Origin: Chiloscyllium plagiosum
Taxonomy: Eukaryota
Direction: 5' to 3'
Assembly (NCBI RefSeq): GCF_004010195.1
Contig: NC_057749.1
Span: 26,334,591-26,398,590, forward strand
Length of the DNA stretch: 64,000 nucleotides
Below, piece after piece: positions 40,101-51,299 of the stretch; the first letter of the stretch is position 1, and every line of letters begins with the position of its first letter. Below the pieces are notes generated by a model. The model saw only the letters and a list, made by a program, of their open reading frames with translations, made no database searches and was not told the origin of the DNA. The position numbers and the translations under genes were made by a program.

Positions 40101-43100
40101 CCCTTCAAAATAGATCAAAGAGATAGCCAAGACTCCAACTTTTATTCTAACGCAAGTGTAAGGCACTGTGTTCCAGATGTAATTTGACTTGGTCCACTAC
40201 TGGGCTTTAAGAAAAACACACTATATTCTTACAACACAGTTAATATAGGTCTGCTCTGGGGTCGGTGATTCACCCTGACCAAACCTGTGCTGTACCATGC
40301 AGGAAGATCGCAGAGAGTCTCGCACTCCTCAGGGATACGATCACCTACATGTAGGACAGAGGGTTGGAAACCTGCCTAATCAGCCTGGACCAGGAGAAAG
40401 CCTTTGACGGGATATCACAAACGTATATGAGAAATGTTCTCTCCAAAATGGGCTTTGGGGAGGAAATCTGCAATTGGATCAGACTGATGTACACCAACAT
40501 TATCAGTGCAGTCTCAATCAATGGGTGGGAATCAGATAGCTTCCCAGTCAGATCTGGAGTCAGGCAGGGCTGCCCTCTCTCTCCTGCCTTGTTTGTGTGC
40601 TGCATAAAGCCATTTTCTGAGTCCATCAGGAAGGATGCAAGTCTGAGAGGGGTGACTATTCCTGGCAGCGGGGGCCTGCAGGTTAAGGCCTCCCTGTACA
40701 TGGATGACGTCGCCGTTTTCTGCTCGGATCCGCTGACCGTGCACAGACTCATGCGCATATGTGACCAGTTCGAACAGGCCTCGGGAGCCAAAGTAAACCG
40801 AGGCAAGAGCGAGGCCATGCTCTTCAGGAACTGGGCCGACCAATCCTTGATCCCCTTCACTGTCAGGACTGACCACCTGAAGGTGCTGGATATTTGGTTC
40901 GGAGGGGCTGGGGCATGAGCCAAGTCTTGGGATGAGCATATCAGTAAAGTGAGGCAGACACTGGGCAGATGGAAGCTACGTTCACTCTCCATTGTGGGTA
41001 AAAACCTGATCATCAAGTGTGAGGCATTGTCAGTGTTGTTATATGTGGCAGAGGTCTGGCCTTTTCCCAGAACCTGTGTCGCTGCAGTCACCCGGGCCAT
41101 CTTCCAGTTTATATGGAGATCAAAGATGGACCAGGTCTGAAGGGACTCGATGTATAAAGATCTGGGCAACCGGGAAAAAATACACCCAATGCTGCCCTCA
41201 CCCTGATGGCCACCTTTGTGTGTGGCTGCATCAAGTTGTGCGTGGATCCCCGGTACGCAAACACCAAGTGACACTACGTACTGAGGTTCTACCTGTCCCC
41301 GGTGTTGCGAAGGATGGGCCTGGCCTCACTGCCGCGGAACGCACCGAGTAGTTGGCTCGTTCCGTATCACCTGTCCTTCGTGGAGAAGTTTATGAAGAAA
41401 AATACCTTTGAACACAAGTCCATCAGGAAGTGGTCAGCACATATTGTCCTTGGGACCCTTCGGGAAAAGGAGAGGGCGGATCCTATCGAGCGGTTCCCTG
41501 AGCAGACTGTTCTGGAATGTGCCTATGCAGAAGAAGTCTGGAGAGGAATGCAGTGGTGTTTGTCGAGGTTCGCCCCGAGCAGCGCCGTGACGCGGGACTC
41601 GGTGCTCTATGGCCTGTTCCCCGGGACGCACACCGAGACGAACATCAACTGTGCCTGGAGGATCATCAACTTGGTGAAGGACGCTCTCTGGGCGGTCCGA
41701 AACCTGTTGATCTTCCAGCTGAAGGAGCTGACCCCGACTGAGTGTTGCAGACTGGCGGCACATTCCAAGGTCCAGGACGTGTTGAGGGACGCGCTGAAGC
41801 TTGGGGCAGCTACCGCCAAGGCACGATGGAGAAAGACCACCGTGTAACATCTGCCTGCCTAAGAGGAACAGGGGGCCCACCGAGTCATTTGGGCTCCACT
41901 GACGCCTCAGCAGAAGAGCTGGATAGTAAATGCACAGACTTGTATATAGGAAAAATAAATTTTGATGTCTGTATGTAAAGCAATATAATGTGTGCACAAG
42001 AATGGCTGACCAGTTGTATAGAGATCCAAATAATTTTATGAATAAAGTATATTTTTGAAATAAAAAAATATACAAACCAAAAAATATATAACTTACATAA
42101 CTTTAACTCTCTTGAAATACTTAGTAAGATATTATTTAAGGGACTAATCATCAACTGTTCCTATATAGCAGCATCCCATAAACACACTCTTGGCAAAGGT
42201 AAGTTCAGCAAAATAGATTTTCCTCACGTGCTATTTCTTTTCTATTCCAAAAGAAAGGAACATTGAAAGCAACAATCTAGCAGCAGAGGGAGAACTTAAG
42301 ATTTTTGTTACAGCAGAGAGAGAGCTGTATCTATCAGCTTCAACAGCCAGCTCCAAACCCCAACAGCCAGCTCCAAACCCCAACTGAAAGTAAAACTAAA
42401 ACCCGGGTCTGTGAGAGCCTAACTGCACCAACTCATGCTTTTGCACCAACTCATGCTTCTTTTGTCTAATTTTTAAAAAAATCTTTAGTGAGCTCAAAAC
42501 TATTTACCCAATGCATCTGAAGCAGACATTCCACCACTATTGTGATAACATCCCTCTACAAGAGTAACAACACAGAATAAATCTCTCTTAAAGGTGCAGG
42601 AGCATCACATATCTACAAAGAACAGTTATCTCACATTCATGTGGTGAATTTACAAAAGTTTTTTCCACACAGTACAAAAAGATCATGGGATAATTTCATG
42701 ATGTCTCGAACAGCATCCAAGGAGACGGGTCAGGCAAGTGACAAATTCTGACTGCACTTGGTCACTTCCAATTTATTTTCAAATGTGCATATAAAGTTGC
42801 TACAGTCCTAGCAGACCACAGAGCTGCTCTCTCATTACAGAGAAACAACTGGTGGTGGTTTAACCTGAGGGTCTTCATCACTCAAGGGAGGAGGGAGACT
42901 GAGAAGGTAACCTCAGCTAATGTGGGAATTGAATTCACGGTTGACATCATTCTGTATCACAAACCGGCTGTCCAGTCTACTGAGCTAACCAACCAATCCG
43001 ACACATGAAGGTGCAATTAAAGCCAATTTGTAAAAAATCTGAAAATCTAGCAATTTCTTTCTCTTCATCAGTATTTTTCCCCCATTTTTAAGGATTGTTA

Positions 43101-46100
43101 GGATTTTATCATTCTGTGTTTCAATGTATTTCAGAGATTTTACTGCTACTACACATGCTGCTAAGTGTTAATAAACGCAGCAAAAAATGAGTTGGGTGGG
43201 AGCTAAATTTGCACATTGCCCTGCAGCAGGTTAAAATGCAGAGAAAAAGTCAACAGCAGGTCACACCAAATAACTTCCCATGGCAGATTCCTACTTTGTA
43301 AGATATTTACATTCAATAAATAATTATATTAACACTCCTTGGAATTAAATTTTATGTTTAACATGAACTCAACAGTGCGTGGGAATTTTGTTATATTCAG
43401 TTCACATTTGTTCAGAGATGACATACAACAACTGGCAGAGTCTAATGGCATTTCAGGTCAGCTGCTTTCTTTGTTGAATTTCAAGGGAAGAAAGCGAGAG
43501 AATAACAGTCTGCTTAGAGAACTGGGGCTGGCAAGTGCAAATGAATGACGTGGAGATGGGTAGTGGCATTGGGTTGTGGTCCAAGGCATGGGGGAATCAA
43601 GCTGGAAGTGAGTGAGAGTGTAAAATAAAGTCAGTCTCAGCAAGACCTGAGCAGCCAAGAGGCCAGTGCTCTCCCCAGATATATAGACTGCAAAATCCAC
43701 ATTTGCAGGAAAACTATGTTGGATGAATTCCTGAGTTCTGTACTAGGTGCACATTTTAGAACATAAGTTACAGAACAAACTTGGGAACAGGTTTATCCTA
43801 GGTTTGGTTTTGTGTAATGGAAGGGACTGATAGAGTGTGGCACTGGAAAAGGCACAGCAGGTCAGGCAGTATTCGAGGAACAAGAGTTGATATTTAGGGC
43901 ATAGCCATTCATCAGTGCTGCCTGACCTGCTGTGCATTTTCCAGTGCCACACTTTATTGATTCTGTCTCCAACATCCGCAGTCCTCACTATCTCCTGTAA
44001 TGGGAAGGGATTAATTAATAATCTAGATGCAGGAGGTCATAGAGATGTATAGCACAGAAACACACCTTTCAATCCAACTCGTTCATACTGACCAGATATC
44101 CTAACCTAATTTAGTTCCATTTGTCAGCACTTGGCCCATATCCCTCCAAACCCTTCCTATTCGTATACCCATCCAGATGCCTTTTGAATGCTGTAATTAT
44201 ACAACCTCCACCACTTCCTCTGGCAGCTCATGCCACACATGCAACATCCTCTGCATGAAGACATTACCCCTTGGGTCCCTTTAAATCTTTCCCCTCTCAC
44301 CCTAAACCTATGCCCTCTAGTTCTGGACTCCCCCACCCCAGGGAAAAGCCTTTGTCTATTTATCCTATCCATATCCCTCATGATTTTATAAACCTCTATA
44401 AACTCACCCCTCAGCCTCCAACGCTCCAAGGAAAACAGCCCCAGCCTATTCAGCTTCTCCCTATAGCTCAATCCCCCCAATCCTGGCAACATCCTTGTAA
44501 ATCTTTTCTGAACCCTTTCAAATTTCACAACATCCTTCCGATAGGAGGGAGACCAGAATTGCACACAATATACCAAGTGTCCTGTACAGCCAAAACAAGA
44601 TCTCCCAACATCTATACTCAATGCACCGATCAATAAAGGAAAGCATACCAAACGCCTTCTTCATTATTTTATCCACCTGCAACTCCACTTTCAAGGAACT
44701 ATGAACCTGCACTCCAAGGTCACTTTGTTCAGCAACACTCCTCAGAACCTTACCATTAAGTGTTTAAGTCCTACTCTGATTTGCCTTACTAAAATGGAGC
44801 ACCTCACATTAATCAAAATTAAATTCCATCTGCCACTCCTCAGCCCATTGGCCCAGCTGATCAAGGTCCCATTGAACTCTAAGGTAACCTTCTTTGCTAT
44901 GCACAATACCTCAAACTTTGGTGTCATCTGCAAACTTATTAACTATACCTTCCTAAGTTCATATCTAAATCATTTATGCAAATGACAGTCTTTTATGGTT
45001 AAGTTGCCATATCATTATAAAATTCCTCATTGGGATAAAAAGTGAAGTAATCCAATACAAGGGCGGACATCTAACCAATGCAAATTATTAAGTCTTAAAG
45101 AGATGAGTGGCTGCAATGGACTGGGTAACTGCATTAAAAGCTATGGCAGTAAATAAGCAATTGTTAATATTTAAGGAGCAATTACATGGATTACAGGAAT
45201 TATACATTCTTTACAGATGAAAGAACACAGTGTCATTGTGAACATTCTTCGTTTTCTTCATTTTTCCAATGTGGCTTTAAAGTGTGAGCTGAATTTGAGA
45301 ATCAAACTTTGAAATTTGAGCAGCAGCTTGTTTAAGTAAGGAGGAGAGAGCAAACAAACTGATGTTTGTTTCTTTGGAAGCACCAGATTTCGGAGCGCTG
45401 CTCCTTCATCACAACCACCTGATGAAGAAGCAGTGCTCCGAAAGCTGGTGCTTCCAAACAAACCTGTTGGACTATAATCTGATGTTGTGTGATCTTTAAC
45501 TTTGTACACCCCAGTCCAGCACTGGCACCTCCAAATTATCTTTGTTTCTGGGAACTGGCCTTGGGGGAAAGATAACTGCAGGTTAATTATTGCCTGAAGC
45601 AAACTACAGGTGTTTTGACACTGCAATATTCGAAGCTCAAGATTGGCAACTGGCTGGATATTGATTTGGTCAATCACAGGCGAATTGGTGCTGACCAGCC
45701 AGAGAGACTGTTGGTTTAAAAAAAACTGTCAATGAGTTCTGACTGTGGTTTTAAACCTTTTGAGTGTTTTGCTCTCTCCGTCTCTCTTGGGTTTTCACCG
45801 TGTTGTAACTTGCTGGATGTTCTGATAAGAAAATACCCCTCTGCAAAAAGTGGGTGTATAATCATGGAGGGTTATTGGATCTGTTTGCATGAATCAGTGA
45901 CTTTGGAATTCAAGCAAGACCCTCCAGTTTACGTGCCTGTGAACACCTAAAGATTTCTGAAAGCCTGGTACCCACCATGAAACTATTGAAATGGCAAATG
46001 GCTTCTTGTTTTCTTTTAACTTCTCCCTTAACTGTGTCAGGCTGTATGTGGCTGAGTGAAGGGTTCTAGTTAGTGAAAATTGAGCTTAAATCATTGATAT

Positions 46101-48837
46101 CAAGTAGACTGGCTTTTTGTTTATTCATGTTCTGCTAAAGTTGCATTATTAATAACTGTTCATTTCTGTTTAAGTTATAGACTTGATATCTGATGATACC
46201 TGTTATTCTTAAAATCCAATTAAGAATAATTGAGTGATTTTTAAGATGCATTGAATGTTTTAATTTTACTGTGTTGCAAATCTAGGGACAGAAAGATTGA
46301 TTTCATTTGGCTTGCTGACCCCATGTCATAATACAAGCCTGAGTACTCAGAGCTGCTTAGAATTCAGCAAAGGAGAACCAACAGGTTGACTAAATAGGGA
46401 AGAGACAGTCCAAGAGTAAATGTGCTATGTATATAAAACTGACTGTAAGAACTTCTATAAGCATGCAAAAAGGAAAAGCTAGTTGAAGTCAAATGTAGCT
46501 CCTTCCAGTCTGAAACAGTAAGTTGATAATGAGGAACAAGGAAAGATTAATTAAATCATTTAATTTATTCTCTCTTCACAGAAGATGATGCAAGAAACTA
46601 CCAGACATTTTAGGGAAACAAGTGTCCATTGGGAAGAAGGAATCGAAGGAACATGATATTAATAACAAAACAGTGCTGGAGTCAATAGTGAACTGAAGAC
46701 ACAAATCCTCGGGCTTGATAATCTACATCCCAGGATATGAAAGGAGGTGCCTATGGGAATAATAGATGCATTGGCTGTCACCTTCCAAAATTTTTAAGGT
46801 TCTGAAACAATCTCAGCAAATGAAGGATGGCAAACATTACCCCACTGCTTAAAATAGGAGAGGGGGAAGAAATCAGGTATTACAAACTGGCTAGCTAACC
46901 TTCAGTATTCGGGAAAATGCTGGTATTTGTCATAATGGATGTGATAACAATACGTTCAGAAAATTCCAATGAATTACACAAAGTCAACATGGATTTATGA
47001 AACAGAAATTGTTTGACAAATGTACTGGAGATTTTTGATGACCTAACAAGTAAAATAAACAATTGATAACTAGTGGATGTAGTATAATAGGTTTTTCAAA
47101 AAGTTTTCAATGGAATCCAACATAAAAGGTTATTGTGCAAAGTCAAGCAGTTGGGACTGGTGGTAACATATTGGCCTGGATTGAGAATTGGTTAGCAGGC
47201 AGGAAATAAAGAGTGGGAATAAATTGATTGTTTTTGGACTGGTAGGGCATTCCTGAAGAAGGGCCTGTGCCCGAAACGTCGAATCTCCTGTTCCCTGGAT
47301 GCTGCCTGACCTGCTGTGCTGTTCCAGCAATAAAGTTTCAACTTTGGACTGGTAGGCATTGACAAGTTGGGTACAGCAGGGGTCAGAGCTTGGATCCCAG
47401 CTATTCACAATATATATCAGTATCAAGAATCGAGTGTCATTTAGATTAGATTCCCTACAGTATGGAAACAGGCCCTTCGGCCCAACAAATCCACACCAAC
47501 CCTCCAAAGAGTAATCCACCCAGACCCATTCCCCTATCCTATATTTACCCCTGACCTAACACTATGGGCAATTAAGCATGGTCAATTCACCTGACCTGCA
47601 CTTCTTTGGATTGCGGGAGGAAACCCACGCAGACATGGGGAGAATGTGCAAACTCCCAAGGCGGGAATCAAACCCAGGTCCCTGGCAATGTGAGGCAGCA
47701 GTACGATTCACTGAGCCACCATGCTGCCCCATCATGTTTTCATGATCTCTGCCAGTAAAAAAAACTAGTTGGGAGTGGGAGTGGTGAGCAGGATATAAAG
47801 AGGCTTCAGAATGATTTAAACAAGTTGAGTAAGTGGACAAATACATGGCAGTTGTAGTATTATGTGGATAAATGTGAAGTTATCTACTTCAGTGGGAAAA
47901 ACATACCAACAGTAGTATTTGAATGGTGATAGATGTAAAAATGTTGATGCACAAAGGAATGGCTATCCCTGTACTGAAAGAGTAAGCATGCAATTGCAGC
48001 AAACAGAAGACCAAATATTTTGTTGATCTTAATAACAAGAGGATTCAAGTAAAGGAACAGAATGTCCTTCAGCAGCTTTAGAAGGCCTTGGTGAGAGCAC
48101 ATCTGGAGCAGTGTCCAGTTTTGATCTCCTTACCGAAGGAAAGATGCATGGGATTTCCGGGACATCAGCTGAGTCTGTATTCATTGGAATTTAGAAGATT
48201 GAGGGGATTTCATTGAAACATAAAATTCTGATAGACTTGGACAGGCTAGTTGCAGGGAGGATGTTTCCTTTGCCAGCTAAATCTAGAATGGTCAAAGTCT
48301 CAGAATATGGGTAGGCAATTTCAGACTGAGATGAAGAGAAATTTCTTCACTCAGGGGGTCGTGAAACGAGGAATTCCCCAGCTCAGAAGGCTGTGGAGGT
48401 GAAGTCACTTAATATATTTAACAAAGAAATATATGAATTTGTAGAAGAAAGAAGCGTTATGTGGAGAGAGTGGGAATATAGCATCGACATAGAGGATCAG
48501 CCATGATTATGCCTACAGTTGCTCCTATTTTCCATGGTTCTATATCCACATAACAAGTGGAGAGAATGATATCAGAACTGGCGCCCACTTCCAGGTCCAC
48601 CGTAGAGAACAGTGGGCCATGGATAAAATACCATCCAATATTACCTCAGGCTTCTGCATACACAGTGGATTGGAGAATTGGTGTTGCACCACTTACAGTA
48701 TTTCTTCTATGAGTGCCTTCTGAGCCAGAGCCTCTTTCTGGGCATCCTGCATCCTGCCCTCCATTGCCAACCGAGCACTAATCTGTGCAGCATGAATCTG
48801 TAGAACACTGAGGTTTATATGGTCCTTAGCAATGGCA
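19093..48837 (-). CDS. Spliced 3' part (last 4 coding exons) of a circularly permutated Ras protein 1-like (CPRAS1-like, VWA-domain family) gene; upstream exons not found, probably beyond the right edge of the window
   Basis: Exons of 141, 94, 69 and 93 nt with canonical AG/GT ends join in phases 2-2-0-0 into a stop-free reading: (x)[131 protein letters not shown]. Family assignment rests on recalled motifs (NLSVLxxHAAQxSARLAxEG, YxxWxxxMSPIY, DxxANVxFRxK). Confidence 0.8.
19640..20090 (+). mobile_element. Cluster of about three short tRNA-derived SINE-like units (related copies at ~23055-23300, and on - at ~1870-1945 and ~59420-59470)
   Basis: Recurrent B-box-like ggttcaagtcccacctgctccag...gtgtgtcataacatctctgaa...gttgattagaaaa. 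Confidence 0.55.
20233..20802. mobile_element. Tigger/pogo-like (Tc1-mariner) MITE
   Basis: ta|cagaggaaactcaattatccgaa ... ataaccaaggttgcgctg|ta; internal sequence shared with copy at 28444-29267. Confidence 0.75.
21272..22931 (+). mobile_element. Gypsy-type LTR interrupted by a Rex1 fragment
   Basis: Ends ttttgagggggtttgttctggtccataaca; similar in reverse to 40081-42608 and 49897-50272. Confidence 0.55.
21494..22537 (-). mobile_element. Rex1/Babar LINE RT 3' fragment
   Basis: [41 protein letters not shown]. Confidence 0.85.
24650..26900 (+). mobile_element. CR1 LINE (internally deleted and rearranged) inside Gypsy gag
   Basis: [49 protein letters not shown]. Confidence 0.85.
28260..32320 (+). 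mobile_element. Rex1/Babar LINE (APE to 3' tail) inside Gypsy integrase, itself interrupted by a MITE and CR1 pieces
   Basis: [62 protein letters not shown]; tail aataaatcaaatcaaa. Confidence 0.85.
28444..29267. mobile_element. Tigger/pogo-like MITE with TA duplication
   Basis: ta|cagaggaactttgattatccgaa ... ttcggataatcgaggttcctcta|ta. Confidence 0.8.
32905..33240 (+). mobile_element. Penelope RT C-terminal fragment
   Basis: [50 protein letters not shown]. Confidence 0.88.
33241..34050 (+). mobile_element. CR1 3' end fused directly to the Penelope fragment
   Basis: [31 protein letters not shown]; tail acattctatgttct. Confidence 0.88.
34843..34911 (-). CDS. Coding exon n-1 of CPRAS1-like gene
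   Basis: Acceptor cctctcttccag|GATG; donor TTAAG|gtaagg; 69 nt, phase 0-0; only open frame is [23 protein letters not shown]. Confidence 0.75.
35142..37855 (-). mobile_element. CR1 LINE with ORF1 (Zn-finger/coiled-coil, esterase-type), APE and RT 3' end, with a large internal deletion near 36220
   Basis: ORF1 [12 protein letters not shown]...[83 protein letters not shown]. Confidence 0.9.
38162..38379. mobile_element. Penelope-derived fold-back insertion with gccattgaac TSD
   Basis: Inverted arms around cttttcatcaagatgaagggctt; gccattgaac on both flanks. Confidence 0.72.
38700..38862 (-). mobile_element. tRNA-derived SINE fragment
   Basis: Reverse complement begins gggaggcagtggtgtaaaggtattgtcactgcactagtaatcc. 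Confidence 0.45.
39095..39350 (-). mobile_element. LINE/SINE 3'-tail repeat (related copies ~59270-59400 and 63840-64000)
   Basis: gatgtgggcatcactggccaggccagcatttattgcccatccctaat motif recurring three times. Confidence 0.5.
39441..39534 (-). CDS. Coding exon n-2 of CPRAS1-like gene
   Basis: Acceptor ttatttccacag|AGCC; donor CTCAG|gtaatc; 94 nt, phase 2-0; encodes [31 protein letters not shown]. Confidence 0.87.
40081..42608 (-). mobile_element. Solo Gypsy-type LTR interrupted by a Tx1 LINE
   Basis: tgttattgaccagaccaaaccccttcaaaa ... gcaggagcatcaca (TG...CA ends); homologous to 21272-22931 and 49897-50272. Confidence 0.6.
40248..42068 (+). mobile_element. Tx1 (L1-clade) LINE, 5'-truncated RT and C-terminus with poly(A)
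   Basis: [48 protein letters not shown]; ends aataaagtatatttttgaaataaaaaaa. Confidence 0.9.
42800..42992 (-). mobile_element. tRNA-derived SINE
   Basis: Reverse complement begins ggttagctcagtagactggacagccggtttgtgatacag with B-box-like gaattcaattccc. Confidence 0.5.
43829..43995. mobile_element. Penelope-derived fold-back insertion
   Basis: Arms gtgtggcactggaaaa / ttttccagtgccacac; flanks tgtaatggaaggga / tgtaatgggaaggga. Confidence 0.7.
44035..44985 (-). mobile_element. CR1 3' end
   Basis: [31 protein letters not shown]. Confidence 0.88.
45372..45540. mobile_element. Penelope fold-back insertion (same family as 15661-17496)
   Basis: tttcggagcgctgctccttcatca...cctgatgaagaagcagtgctccgaaagctggtg; tttgtttct on both flanks. 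Confidence 0.75.
47247..47342 (+). mobile_element. Penelope terminal-repeat insertion with 14-bp TSD
   Basis: TSD tttggactggtagg at 47233-47246 and 47343-47356. Confidence 0.8.
47249..47284 (+). ncRNA. Minimal type I hammerhead ribozyme motif (PLE-type)
   Basis: ATTC-CTGAAGA-A-GGGC-ctgt-GCCC-GAAAC-GTC-GAAT: core boxes, 4-bp stem II, 4-bp stem I, palindromic ACGT stem III, GUC cleavage triplet. Confidence 0.65.
47441..47729 (-). mobile_element. HE1-like SINE
   Basis: ttagattagattccctacagtatggaaacaggcccttcgg...ctgagccaccatgctgccc. Confidence 0.85.
48697..48837 (-). CDS. Coding exon n-3 of CPRAS1-like gene
   Basis: Acceptor: long T-run then atatttcag|TGCC; donor ATACT|gtaagt; 141 nt, phase 2-2; encodes [46 protein letters not shown]. 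Confidence 0.88.
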
Positions 48838-48859
48838 CTGAAATATAAAAAAAAATTTC

Positions 48860-49069
48860 TTCAGCTGCACAGGCAGAACAAATGCATGACTAGTGTCAAC
48901 TTGGTGCACACTGGCAGACAGGGGCACAGTGCACTGAACATTAGGGGGTTAGATAGGGTAGACAGTATGAACCTTTTCCCGCGTATGGAGTTCAGCTGCA
49001 CAGGCAGAACAAATGCATGACTAGTGTCAACTTGGTGCACACTGGCAGACAGGGGCACAGTGCACTGAA
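48860..49069. repeat. 79-bp perfect direct duplication (48860-48938 / 48991-49069) flanking 52 bp of CR1-derived filler
   Basis: Read directly; filler encodes [17 protein letters not shown] (CR1 C-terminus-like). Confidence 0.9.
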
Positions 49070-49896
49070 TATTTATCTTGAAGAATTTTTGTATCCTTCT
49101 CACAACTCACTTTCCAATCTACCTTTACCTCATCGACAAATTTTAAAATATGACATTTGATCCCTGTATTCAAATCATTGATACAAATCATTGATACAAA
49201 CTGAGAGCTATGAGGCCCAAGAACTCATCATGCACATTCTCACTAGTCACTCCTCTCAACCTGAGAATGGCCCGTTTATTCCTCCTCTCAGTTTTCTCTT
49301 CATTAACCAATATTCAATCCATGCCATCACATTAACCAATCTGCGGTATACAAAGACGGACAGTGGTGCGTGAACAGTATCATAAAAGGTAAATGAGTAG
49401 TAACACACAAGTGCACGACAGCACACTGACAAGATCAAATTACCGTATACATGGAAGGATCACACTGGTACACACTAGTCCAAGGACAATGTCATGCTAA
49501 ACTACAGACAAAACTATGTGGGTACACATACAACAAAAAATAGAAATATGCTGCACATTCTTACACAAGGACTGTGCCACACTGGTACAAGCATAGGACC
49601 TTGCTGGATCGGTAAGTGAAGAGTGCTTCAGTGTAATTTCAATGCGATATTTGGGTTAGGCTTTGGGTACAATCAGCAATCCACACACAAAATTAAACAA
49701 GCTTTCATTGATGATGTTTTTACTCAACTTTCCATTCAGATATGGGTCTAAATCACTGAATTAAATAAATTGCATTCATAGCGTAGTGTCATGAGTCTTC
49801 CACAGCCATCCTCTTTCCTCCAGCCTGAATTCCTTCTGCTTTGCCCTCCAAACATTGTTCTTCCATTCTCTACTCCTTTGCTCTGCATCCCCACTT

Positions 49897-50272
49897 TTGT
49901 GGTCCAGACCCAACTCCCCCACCTCAAAATCTATCAATAATTTATTTTATTTAGAGGCAAGTGTAAGACACTTTGTTCCAGATGTAATTCAATTCGTCCA
50001 TGACTAGGCTTAGCAAAACACACTTTATTCGGACACTTGAGCTTTTGGGGAAAAAATCTATCAACTTCAACAGTCAGTTCCAAACCATAAATGAAAGCAA
50101 AACTAAAACTCTAGGTCTGTGTGAGCCCGATTCCTGCTTCTTTTGTCTAATTAAAAAAAAAACTCGGGGAGCTCAAAGCTGTTTACATGCTGCTTCTGGT
50201 GCCACTGTAGCAACACCTCTCTGCAAGTGAAACAGCAGAGAACAAATCTCTTCAAAGCACAGTGCCATCACA
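49897..50272 (-). mobile_element. Internally deleted solo LTR
   Basis: Shares blocks with 40081-42608 (gcaagtgtaag...tgttccagatgtaatt; aaaactaaaac...ggtctgtg.gagcc; ...catcaca). Confidence 0.55.
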
Positions 50273-51299
50273 CAATCTATTCCTCATGATTCTGACACAC
50301 CCTACCTCTGATCACATCCATGAGGCATTAATTAGTTACATAACGTCAGTGTCATTTGCAACACAGAAGCCATCAGTTTACCGAGTCTATACAGGCTCAC
50401 AGTGAATCTTCTAGTCTGTCCCTCCCCTGTACACGCTTCCTATAGCCCTGACAGTTTATTTTCAAGTCCTCATCAAATTATCTTTTGAAATAGATATCTC
50501 TGCATCTAGCATTTATTTGGGCATCAAGTCTCAAGTCATGACCAACCATTGTGTAAAAAATTCATCCTCACAACTAAAATCATCAAACTCCAAATGCCTG
50601 TATCAGAGTAACTGTATCATTAGCTGAGATTAACTTTTCGTGTCTTTCTTATCCAAAACTGTCATAATCTTTTAAACATCCTCTCAATTGCTCCACGGAA
50701 AATGAATCCGGTTTCTCCAAACTTATTTCCTGGCTAAAGTTTCAATCCTTAGGAATAACTGTGGTAAATCTCCACTGACCCCCCTCAATGATCTTATCTC
50801 TTTGAAAGTATGGTGACCAGAGCTGTGTTGCATATTAGGTCCCTTAAAATGGAATTTTCCTGGTACTTGTTGTGAATGAGATTTCATTTAACAGCCACTA
50901 CAATAGTAATTAACATTCCAAAACACAGAGGTCACCATACCTACCAAACTAATGCTAACAGCTTATCTCATGTCAAGTGCAATCTAATATCAGTGCATTG
51001 TTTATGAAATGTATTATTCCAGGAAGGAATGAAAACCATTGATGATGTGTGGCAAGGGAACAACAATCACCTAACATCATGAATGGCTGTCCCATGGCCA
51101 TTGGCCAAAAGGATTCAGATAATTGATTGACACAGCCAAAATTACCTGCCCTTAGAAATAAGATGTAACAATAATGGCCCAGAGCAGAGGGGAGTTCTTT
51201 TCTGCATCATTCTCATCAAGCAGATCTTGTCAGCAGCAGTTCTCATTGGCTGCTCCCCGCAGTCCCCACCAGGCAGATGAGAGATGGACCAGAAGGGAA

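Larger units (their letters stand above)
46340..48545 (+). mobile_element. Old, highly degraded CR1 ORF2 with PLE and HE1 insertions
   Basis: Remnants [31 protein letters not shown]. Confidence 0.7.

Noticed and set aside
40345..42075. Long antisense ORFs (309 aa, 213 aa)
   Set aside because: Shadow ORFs on the opposite strand of the GC-rich Tx1 RT.
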